64,000 bases of DNA. Source: Rhodobacterales bacterium. Its GTDB lineage: Bacteria > Pseudomonadota > Alphaproteobacteria > Rhodobacterales > CAZPXZ01. The translations under genes and the position numbers were made by a program. Positions 35,693-44,925 of the stretch are shown one piece after another; position 1 is the stretch's first letter; every line of letters starts with the position of its first letter. A model generated the notes under the pieces. That model saw only the letters and a program-made list of their open reading frames with translations. It did no database searches and was not told the DNA's origin. The DNA lies in assembly GCA_965221505.1 (NCBI GenBank), contig CBDCSI010000001.1:172504-236503 (forward strand), given 5' to 3'.

Positions 35693-35773
35693 ACAGGCCG
35701 GTCGACTAGGCCGTTGCGGTAGTTCGACTGGTTTCGCCGCCGGATCGCCGTTTTGCCCCGCCGCCGGCGCCGT

Positions 35774-36019
35774 TCAGCCGCCGGCGAGCTTGGGCAGGAG
35801 CACCACTTCGCTCTCCGGCCGGATGGGCGCCAGCCACGAATCCCGGAATATCAGTCCGTCGACGGAGACCGATACGCCGCGCTCGATCTGGGGTTGCAGG
35901 CCGGGATGGGTCGCCACGAGCTGCTTCAGCATCTCGCCGATCGAGGCGGCGTCCACCTCGACCGTCTCCGCGCCGTCGGCAGCGGCTCGTAGCGACCCCC
36001 AGATCTGAACCTGGGCCAC
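35774..36019 (-). CDS. MoaD/ThiS-family ubiquitin-like sulfur-carrier protein
   Basis: 81 aa ending in ...KLAGG (C-terminal Gly-Gly). GTG 36019 lies 3 nt after the stop of the molybdoenzyme large subunit. Confidence 0.8.
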   Translation of the reverse strand: MAQVQIWGSLRAAADGAETVEVDAASIGEMLKQLVATHPGLQPQIERGVSVSVDGLIFRDSWLAPIRPESEVVLLPKLAGG

Positions 36020-36022
36020 GGA

Positions 36023-38281
36023 TCAGGCTTTCGCCGCCTCGAGGGCAGCCAGAATGCGCGGCGGCGACATGGGAATGTGCGTCATCCGGACGCCGGTCGC
36101 AGCGGCGACGGCGTTGGCGATGGCCGCCAGCGGCGGAACGATGGACGTTTCGCCCACGCCCCGGACGCCGTAGGGGTGTCCCGGATTGGGCACCTCGACG
36201 ATGACCGCATCGATCATCGGCAGGTCCGACGCGACCGGAATGCGGTAGTCCAGGAATCCCGGATTCTGCAGCCTTCCGTCCTCTCCGTAGACATACTCCT
36301 CGTTGAGGGCCCAGCCGATGCCCTGCACGGCGCCGCCCTGGAACTGCCCCTCGACGTAACTGGGATGGATCGCCTTGCCGGCGTCCTGGAACACCGTGTA
36401 GCGGAGCACCTTGATCGCGCCGGTCTCGAGGTCGGCCTCGACGTCCACCATGTGGGTCGCGAAGCTGACGCCCGCGCCTTCCGCGTTCACCTCGGCATGC
36501 CCGGCGATCGGCCCGCCGGTGTTGCCGGAAGCTGCGGCGATTTCGGCGATGGACAGCGGCTCGTGCTCGCCCGCGTTCGGGCCTGCCGGGCGCGCGGTGC
36601 CGTCCGCCCACTCGACCGCCTCGGCGGGAATCCCCCACATCAGCCCGGCCCGGCTGCAGAGCTTCCGGACGGCGTCCTGCGCGGCGCGGATGGTCGCGAT
36701 GCCGCCGGCGAAGGTCACCCTCGAGCCGTCGGTGACGTCGTTGAATCCGAGCGAGGCCGTATCGGCGATGTTGCAGCGGACCCGGTCGTAGGGAATTCCG
36801 AGCTCCTCCGCCGCCATCAGGCTCATCGACGCGCGCGAGCCGCCGATATCGGGGTTGCCGGTGGTCAGCCCGATCGTTCCGTCCTCGTTCACGTTGAGCG
36901 TGGCGCAGGTCTGTCCGCCGAAGTTGAACCAGAAGCCGCAGGCGACGCCGCGTCCCTGGTTGGGACCGAGCGGCGCGGCGTAGTGCGGATGCGCCTTCGC
37001 CGCCTCGAGCGTGGCCCGGAGGCCGATGGTTCCGAAGGTGGGACCGTAGGACGCCCGGCTGCCGTCGCTGGATGCGTTCTTCAGCCGCACCTCGAGAGGA
37101 TCGAGGCCGAGCTTCTGGCAAAGCTCGTCGATGACGCTCTCCGCGGCGAACGCGCCCATGGGCGCGCCGGGTGCGCGGTAGGCGGCCTGCTTGGGCCGGT
37201 TGGCGACGACGTCGTACCCGGTGGTACGGACGTGTTCGAGGTCGTAGGGCGCGAAGGCCGCCATCGCCCCGAGCGACACCGGCGATCCGGGCCAGGCCCC
37301 GCCCTGGAAGCGGAACTCCGCGTCCCCGGCGGTGATTCGGCCGTCCCGCGTCATGCCGACGCGGCAGTTCGCGCTGGTCGAGGAGGTCGGCCCCGAAGCC
37401 CGGAACACCTCCTCGCGGCTCATGGTCATCTTGACCGGGCGTCCGGCCTTGCGGGAGAGGGCGAGCGCCACCGGCTCCAGGAACACGGTGGTCTTGCCGC
37501 CGAACCCGCCGCCGATTTCGGACGCGGTGACCTTGAGCTTGCTGACCTCGATCCCCAGAAGGGCGGAACACATGGTGCGGACCATGAAGTGACCCTGGGT
37601 GCAGCACCAGAGGTCGGCCTGTCCGTCCGGCCCCATGGAGGCGAGACAGGAGTGCGGCTCGATGTATCCCTGATGCGCCGCCTCGGTCAGGAAGGACCGT
37701 TCGACGACGAGGTCGGCCTCTTTCAGCCCCGCCTCGACGTCGCCGTGACCGAACTCGCATCGCGACGCCACGTTCGGCCCCATGCCTTCCGGCACGGTCT
37801 CGTCGGCCAGTCCGTCGTGGAGCGCCGGCGCGTCGGCCGCCATGGCGGCGTCCACGTCGGTCACGTGCGGCAGGACCTCGTATTCGACCCGGATGCGCTT
37901 CAGGGCCTCGCGGGCCGCCGATTCGCTCACCGCGGCGACGGCGGCGACCGCATGTCCGTCGTAGAGCGCCTTGCCGCCCGCCATGACGTTTTCGAGCACG
38001 GACGCCAGGTCGCCGGTCAGCCCGTCGACGTCGAAATCGGCGCGGGTGACGACCGCCTTGACGCCCGGCGCCGCCTCGGCCGCCGAGGCGTCGATGGATA
38101 CGATGCGCGCGTGGGCGTGGGGGCTGCGGAGCACCCGGCCGACCAGCATTCCGGCGAGCGTCGCGTCGGCGCCGAACCGGGCCCGTCCGGTTACCTTGTC
38201 GACGCCGTCCGGACGCACCGGCCGGGAGCCGACGGTCCGAAAGGTCTTCTGCGCTGCGATGGGGGTTTCGACGTTCATCAT
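36023..38281 (-). CDS. xanthine dehydrogenase family protein, molybdopterin-binding large subunit
   Basis: ATG 38281 (MMNVETPIA...) overlaps the small-subunit stop, with GGGAGG just upstream. The a/b-hammerhead and MoCo-binding domains are recognisable. The active-site region reads AYRAPGAP, which is not a CODH signature. Confidence 0.92.
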   Translation of the reverse strand: MMNVETPIAAQKTFRTVGSRPVRPDGVDKVTGRARFGADATLAGMLVGRVLRSPHAHARIVSIDASAAEAAPGVKAVVTRADFDVDGLTGDLASVLENVMAGGKALYDGHAVAAVAAVSESAAREALKRIRVEYEVLPHVTDVDAAMAADAPALHDGLADETVPEGMGPNVASRCEFGHGDVEAGLKEADLVVERSFLTEAAHQGYIEPHSCLASMGPDGQADLWCCTQGHFMVRTMCSALLGIEVSKLKVTASEIGGGFGGKTTVFLEPVALALSRKAGRPVKMTMSREEVFRASGPTSSTSANCRVGMTRDGRITAGDAEFRFQGGAWPGSPVSLGAMAAFAPYDLEHVRTTGYDVVANRPKQAAYRAPGAPMGAFAAESVIDELCQKLGLDPLEVRLKNASSDGSRASYGPTFGTIGLRATLEAAKAHPHYAAPLGPNQGRGVACGFWFNFGGQTCATLNVNEDGTIGLTTGNPDIGGSRASMSLMAAEELGIPYDRVRCNIADTASLGFNDVTDGSRVTFAGGIATIRAAQDAVRKLCSRAGLMWGIPAEAVEWADGTARPAGPNAGEHEPLSIAEIAAASGNTGGPIAGHAEVNAEGAGVSFATHMVDVEADLETGAIKVLRYTVFQDAGKAIHPSYVEGQFQGGAVQGIGWALNEEYVYGEDGRLQNPGFLDYRIPVASDLPMIDAVIVEVPNPGHPYGVRGVGETSIVPPLAAIANAVAAATGVRMTHIPMSPPRILAALEAAKA

Positions 38282-38757
38282 CCTGCCTCCCGCATGGACT
38301 GGGCCGCACTGTCGACAGCGCGGATAATCTTGTCGTAGCCGGTACAGCGGCAGAGATTTCCTGCCAGCCAGTACCGGATCTCGGTTTCGCTCGGCGACGG
38401 GTTCCGGTCGAGAAGCGCCTTCGCCGCCACCAGGAAGCCCGGCGTGCAGATGCCGCATTGCAGCGCCGCGTGTTCGAGGAACGCGGACTGCAGCGGATGC
38501 AGGTTCTCGCCGTCGGCCATGTTCTCGATGGTCTCGACCGAGCGGCCTTCCGCTTCCGCGCCGAGGACGAGGCACGAACACACGACCTCTCCGTCCAGGC
38601 TCACGCTGCAGGCGCCGCAGTCGCCGGTCGAGCAGCCTTCCTTGGTGCCGGTGAGGCCCAGGCGGTTGCGGAGGACGTCGAGCAGGGTTTCCTGCGGCTC
38701 GCAGACGAACTCGGTCGCGTCGCCGTTGACGGTCGACGTTACGTGGATCTGACTCAT
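38278..38757 (-). CDS. (2Fe-2S)-binding small subunit of the xanthine dehydrogenase family enzyme
   Basis: 159 aa with both cluster motifs (CSTGDCGACSV and CGICTPG...CRCTGY). It shows ATGA coupling on both sides. Confidence 0.92.
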   Translation of the reverse strand: MSQIHVTSTVNGDATEFVCEPQETLLDVLRNRLGLTGTKEGCSTGDCGACSVSLDGEVVCSCLVLGAEAEGRSVETIENMADGENLHPLQSAFLEHAALQCGICTPGFLVAAKALLDRNPSPSETEIRYWLAGNLCRCTGYDKIIRAVDSAAQSMREAG

Positions 38758-39623
38758 GCCCGTGCCTCCGCTCGCTCGAATGCAATCCTTGCCGCGCGGC
38801 GCGCCAGCACGCCGGCGACCTGCCGGCGGAACGCCACCGTTCCGCGCTTGTCGTCGATCGGACGGCACGCGTCGGAGCAGAGCGCGGCCATTCTCGCCAG
38901 CGCTTCGTCGCCGCCCTTGGTCCCGACCAGCGCCTCCCCGGCCGCCTCGACCAGGATCACGGTCGCCGCCACCGCGCCGAGCGCGACCCGGGCCGACCGG
39001 CAGGTTCCGTCGTCTCCGAGTTCGACCGACACGCCGGCCCCGACCACCGCGATGTCCATTTCGGTGCGCGGGATGAAGCGGAGATAGGCGTCCGCCGCCC
39101 GTGCGGGCCGGGCCGGAAGAAAGATCGAGGCGACGAATTCGCCGCTGCCGAGGGACGTCTGCCCCGGTCCCGTCGCGATCGAGCCGGCTGGGGCGTCGCG
39201 GGTGGCTCCGCCCGGGCCGGCGATGCGCACGGTCGCGTCCGCCGCGACCATCGCGGGTACGCTGTCGGCCGCCGGCGAGGCGTTGCAGAGATTGCCCGCC
39301 AGGGTCGCGCGGCTCTGAATCTGGGTGGATCCGACCAGGGCCATGGCCTCGACGACGCCCGGCCAGGCTTGCCGCAACCCGGCATGTCGCTCCATGACCG
39401 CGGACGGCACGCATGCGCCGATCCGGTAGCCGCCGTTTTCCTCCCGGATGTCGAGCATTCCGTCGATCCGTTTCAGATCGACGACGATCTCCGGTTCGAC
39501 GATACCCGAGCGGAGCTGCACCAGGAGGTCCGTTCCCCCGGCGAGCGCGCGCGCCTGACCCGAATCGGCCAGAAGGCGCGCGGCGTCCTGCAGGGTGTCG
39601 GGAGCTTCAAATTGTAGGGTCAA
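38754..39623 (-). CDS. FAD-binding (CoxM/XdhB-like) medium subunit
   Basis: TTG 39623 with GAAGGA upstream. The FAD-binding pattern is LAGGTDLLVQLR. Confidence 0.88.
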   Translation of the reverse strand: MTLQFEAPDTLQDAARLLADSGQARALAGGTDLLVQLRSGIVEPEIVVDLKRIDGMLDIREENGGYRIGACVPSAVMERHAGLRQAWPGVVEAMALVGSTQIQSRATLAGNLCNASPAADSVPAMVAADATVRIAGPGGATRDAPAGSIATGPGQTSLGSGEFVASIFLPARPARAADAYLRFIPRTEMDIAVVGAGVSVELGDDGTCRSARVALGAVAATVILVEAAGEALVGTKGGDEALARMAALCSDACRPIDDKRGTVAFRRQVAGVLARRAARIAFERAEARA

Positions 39624-41005
39624 GTGGCATTCCTTCCCTGCCGGAGCCCTCCGTCCCGGGGCGAGGCGCGATCCCCGCCCGCAGCCGGAACGGCCGCGAC
39701 GCCGAAGTCAGTCGAAAACGCGAACGGTCGCGCCCGGGACGACCCCCGGACTCCACCGCCCGCGGCTTGGCGCGGGTCGATCGGCACGGACGTTCGTCCC
39801 CGCCGTGCTGCGACAGGGGGTCCGTCGAGACGCGCGTCGGCGCCCGTACCGGCCCGTACGACCCGCGTTCGGGCCGGTTCCGTGCCCGCCGCGCCTGCGA
39901 CGGTCCGGACCGGCAGTCCAACCGTGGCCGCGACAAACGCCCTAGTCAGCGCTTCCCCGCACTTCGGGAGGCAGAGTGCCGCAAAACCGGTCGCAAGTCA
40001 ACGCCGGAGGGCCGAATCGAGGCTGCGCGGCCGGTCTGAAAGGAGGTCGCAGCCCCCGCATCGGGCAACGGTTCGGTTACGGACGCCGTCGTTCGGCGAT
40101 CCGGTACGACTGTCCCGAAACCGCTCGAGGGCGGCCTGCCGACCGCCGACAGCGCCGGGAATTGACCGAAACTGTCCCGAATACGTCCGTGCGATCGCGC
40201 GCCCAGGGAGATCGAAGCGGCAAGGGAGAAACGCAGGGTTCGACGTGTCGGAAGCTACGCGGTCTGCGAAGCTCCTCCCACGGCAGTTGCCGACGAGCGA
40301 CATCGTCGACGGTGAGCAGGATCGCGGTTCGGCACGATGGGTCGCTTGCGCCGCGCATTTCTCTACGGCTACCCTGCCAGGAGACGGGCCGATGCGCCGC
40401 GGTCGGCGGGGCGGACTGGAAGCGGTCGCTCGAAGCCGTGTGGCGGCCAGGCTGACCGTGGGATGCGCTGGCGAAGCCCCGCTCCGGGCTCCGGATGGCT
40501 GCAGCGCAAGATCGGCGTCGGGAACTCTGCGCGAGATTTCGAGCGGCGATGCGCGCGCATCCAGTACGCACTCGATCCCATGGACCGGGAAGACGATCGA
40601 TTCACGAAGGCGTGAGGACTCAAGTGCTACGGTGGCCGGTGGAGTTAGTGCGGCAGGAAGACGACAGGGTCCGCGGAACCGTACAGACCCGGACGTGCCG
40701 GACGCATTGACCGAGCGGGAAACGGGGACAGAAGCGAAGGTTCAGGCGCAGGATTGCCTGATCGCTGTACTCGGCGACCAGGTAAGGCGGGGCAGTCTAT
40801 CCATGAGCCGTCGCGGTCGCGAGGGCGGGCGACGGTGCCGCCGAACCCGAGAGCCACCGCAAGATGGCGCCTTGCGACGGATTGCGCGTCCAGGGCATGG
40901 GCGACTCCGAACTGGACGCGCGAATCGGCCGTTCCGAGAGTGCCGTGCGCCGCCCGATCGATTTCGACCGCCGCTCGAGGCGATGGAAGAGGAGATGCCG
41001 TTCTG

Positions 41006-41674
41006 ATGGAGATGATCGAGGTAGACAGCGCCGAGTGCGCCGAGTGGCGCAAGCGAAACGGAATCCCCGACGGTGCCGCATTGGTGTTTCAGGCGTTCGA
41101 TGTCCACGAGAAGGACGGCTCGCCCGAGGGGAAGCCTACCGGGAGGGTTTTCTTGTACGCCGTGGGAGGCATCCACCCGGACGGCGGGGTTGTCCTGGTC
41201 GGCTCGAACCGAAAGGAACCGCGTCCGGCGATGCGGGTGACGGACGGATGGGGCGACCTGGAGTCGACGGAGAAGCCGCCGGTAGACGAGAGGGAGTGGC
41301 GCATGCGGAACGGTATCCGCGAAGACGCCATGCTGGTATTCCAGGCGCTCGATCGCCAAGAAAAACACGGATCTCTGTTTGGGAATGCTGCCGGCAGAAT
41401 CGCTTTGGTCGCCGTGGCAGCCATTTACCTGGACGGCGGGGTCGTCCTGTTCGGCAACAATCCGAAGGAACCGCGCCCGGTGCTGCGGGTGACGGACGGG
41501 TGGGGCGACTTCGATCCGACGGAGGAGTCGGAGGCGGACGAGACGGAAGCGGAAGTAGCCTCACCGGAGAAGCCGGACGCGCCAAAGGAGCGCCGCCTCG
41601 TGCACGTATTCGGTCCGCTCGTCGAGGAGGCTGAGGGCGTGCCGCCGCAGGGGGATGCGCCGGAGAAACCGTGA
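41006..41674 (+). CDS. hypothetical protein with two tandem ~84-aa repeats and an acidic tail
   Basis: ATG 41006 with GGAGA upstream. The repeat period is 252 nt (aaggaacc at 41213 and 41465). Each repeat ends in KEPRPxxRVTDGWGD. I recognise no family. Confidence 0.7.
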   Translation: MEMIEVDSAECAEWRKRNGIPDGAALVFQAFDVHEKDGSPEGKPTGRVFLYAVGGIHPDGGVVLVGSNRKEPRPAMRVTDGWGDLESTEKPPVDEREWRMRNGIREDAMLVFQALDRQEKHGSLFGNAAGRIALVAVAAIYLDGGVVLFGNNPKEPRPVLRVTDGWGDFDPTEESEADETEAEVASPEKPDAPKERRLVHVFGPLVEEAEGVPPQGDAPEKP

Positions 41675-41890
41675 GAACGCCGCAAAGCCCGGTCTGTTCG
41701 GGTCTCGGCCTCGTGAAGGGCGCCAGTTCCGACACGGAAGCGATCAGCCGTCAGCGGTTGCAGATCGACCGAAAGACCGGGCGACCGCTCCAATTCCGGC
41801 CGACGCGCCGAAGCCTCGTCCGTCGCGTTCGAGCTTGCCCGGCACGCGGGAACGCTGGTGTATGCCGGCGCACCCGGGACCGACTTCCGG

Positions 41891-42461
41891 ATGAGTTTCG
41901 GCAATCTGGACCGGATTTTCGAGGTCGTCGAAGAAAACAGAGACGCGTTGTACGAGCCATTGGCGATTCTCGAGGTCAGCGTTTCCGACGGGCAGGACGC
42001 GCAGATCCGGCAACATGTCGACGCACCGACTTCCAATACCGAACTCCTCGAGAGCCGATTTTTTGCACGACGCGAAAGCGAGACAGCCCGACTTCCGGGA
42101 GCGTCGTCTCGGATTACACCGGGGCCTCGAACTGGCATTGAACACCAGCCTGGACGACCAGATCTATCGCATATTGACCGCATACGACGAATTCGGCACG
42201 CCGGCCCAGGCGACGTCTTCGCTCATCTCCGAGGAAGTCCTCCGGCTCTGTCGCATGGCCAACATGTCGAAGGCCCAGGGAGTCGGGAGGGTCAAGCTGC
42301 GAGGCGCCGCCCTCTTGCCCTTTGCCCATTTGATACCGCACACATATCCAGGAGGACTACGAGCCGGAAGTCCGGCGTATCAAGAAAAGCATACGGTAAA
42401 GGCATACGGTAGCTGTCGGAGAACGGCGCTCTCGACTTGCACCCGGATACGATCCCCCTGA
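41891..42461 (+). pseudogene. hypothetical gene split by a frame change at a T6 run (42059-42064)
   Basis: Plausible coding runs in one frame from ATG 41891 to the T run, then in the +1 frame from the T run to TGA 42459-42461. A T5 run would join them into a ~190-aa product. GC is lower than the flanks. Confidence 0.4.
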
Positions 42462-42763
42462 TGGAACGGTTCATGAGCTACGGCGAGGGTGAAGACGACG
42501 TCTGGGACAAGACGAACGTCAAATTGCAGTTGACGGCGGCCGCAGGCAGACAGATCGCGACCGACGAGCGGATTCTGGATCAACGCTTCGCCGAAGTGGA
42601 CAACCTCGCTGCGGATGTCCGCCAGCAAGCCGAAGCCTCCGACGCCTCCGCAGCCGAGGCCGTCGACTCCGCCCAAACGATCTCGTCGATCGTTGCCCGG
42701 ATAGGCATCGCGGGAATCCTGGCGGCCGGCCGGTGTTTCGGCGCCGGAGCCAGAGAAAGCTGA
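42461..42763 (+). CDS. hypothetical coiled-coil protein with C-terminal hydrophobic anchor
   Basis: ATG 42461 shares its A with the preceding TGA (TGATG coupling). The central region is acidic and helical, and the C-terminus is ISSIVARIGIAGILAAG. I recognise no family. Confidence 0.5.
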   Translation: MERFMSYGEGEDDVWDKTNVKLQLTAAAGRQIATDERILDQRFAEVDNLAADVRQQAEASDASAAEAVDSAQTISSIVARIGIAGILAAGRCFGAGARES

Positions 42764-42814
42764 ACCAGGCGCTCCAGCGGAAGGCCCGGACAAGCGAATG
42801 CGGCCGGCGGTTCC

Positions 42815-43864
<1,050 letters not shown>

Positions 43865-43869
43865 GGCGG

Positions 43870-44925
43870 CTACCCCTTCACCGCGCCGACCAGCAGTCCG
43901 CGGGCGATGTGTTTCTGAAGCAGGAACGCGAGCGCGATGACCGGCACGATCATGATCACGATCAGGACCGACATGTACCACCATTGCGGCCCGCGGGTGG
44001 TGTTCTGCGCCGTGACCAGGATGGGCATGGTCTGGGCGTCGGCGGTGGAGAGGAAGAGCGCGACCAGATACTCGTTCCAGGCGAGGATGAAGACCAGCAG
44101 CGTGGTCGCCACCAGGCCGCCGCGCACCAGCGGCAGCACGATGGTCAGAAGGATTCGGAACTTCGAGGCGCCGTCGATCTCGGCCGATTCCTCCAGGTCG
44201 AGCGGGATGCCGGCGAAGAAATCGCGCATCAACCACACCACGATCGGCAGGTTGACGACCGCGTAGGTGAGGATCATCGCCGCATGCGTGTCCAGGAGAC
44301 CGAGCTGCTGGAACATGATGTAGATCGGCAGCACCACCACGACCGGCGGCAGAATCCGGTTGGAGAGCACCCAGAACAGGATGTCGTTGTTGCCGACGGA
44401 GGTGCGGAACCGCTTGCCGAATCCTACGGCGAACAGGACGAAGAGGGCGACGCCGGCGGAAGCCGACGCCTGCCACGGCACGCCGGCCGCGACGGCGGCG
44501 ACGGCGGCGGCGAGCACGACGAGGAACCCGACCACGAGGCCCAGCTTGACCCGGTACTCGATGCGGGCGAGCGCGTAGGCCGCCAGCGCTCCGACGGCCA
44601 TCGTCAGGAGCGTGCTGAGGCTGGCGATGACGATCGAGTTCAGATACGGCCGGAAAGTGTCGTTGGCGATGTCGACGAAGATGTACCGCCAGGCGTGGGA
44701 GGACGGCGCGAAGTCGACGAAGGGGACGAACACCGGGCCGTCGTTCACGTGGATCGGCAGCTTGAAGGACGTCACCAGCACCCAGTAGAGCGGAAACAGC
44801 ACCACCAGCGTCCAGAACCCGAGCGCGGCGTAGACCAGCAGTCGGGGCACCGGCGCCATGGAGACGAGATCCCGCGGCTCGAACAGGCGGCGGAACCGGC
44901 TGCGGGGAGCGGACGGCGAAGTCAT
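43870..44925 (-). CDS. carbohydrate ABC transporter permease (MalG/UgpE-like)
   Basis: ATG 44925 overlaps the upstream stop (ATGA). The EAA-loop-like segment is LEESAEIDGASKFRIL. The protein is polytopic. Confidence 0.9.
   Translation of the reverse strand: MTSPSAPRSRFRRLFEPRDLVSMAPVPRLLVYAALGFWTLVVLFPLYWVLVTSFKLPIHVNDGPVFVPFVDFAPSSHAWRYIFVDIANDTFRPYLNSIVIASLSTLLTMAVGALAAYALARIEYRVKLGLVVGFLVVLAAAVAAVAAGVPWQASASAGVALFVLFAVGFGKRFRTSVGNNDILFWVLSNRILPPVVVVLPIYIMFQQLGLLDTHAAMILTYAVVNLPIVVWLMRDFFAGIPLDLEESAEIDGASKFRILLTIVLPLVRGGLVATTLLVFILAWNEYLVALFLSTADAQTMPILVTAQNTTRGPQWWYMSVLIVIMIVPVIALAFLLQKHIARGLLVGAVKG

Noticed and set aside
36023-39623. Calling the three-subunit molybdoenzyme a carbon monoxide dehydrogenase (coxMSL).
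   Set aside because: The large subunit shows AYRAPGAP at the active-site loop. That is neither the form I (VAYRCSFR) nor the form II (AYRGAGR) signature I recall. Only the family-level call is justified.
39624-41006. 460-aa ORF (and 30332..31207, 291 aa) as real proteins filling the unassigned gaps.
   Set aside because: Arg/Ser/Pro content is extreme, with many rare AGA/AGG/CGA codons. Competing ORFs overlap in other frames, and there are no recognisable domains.
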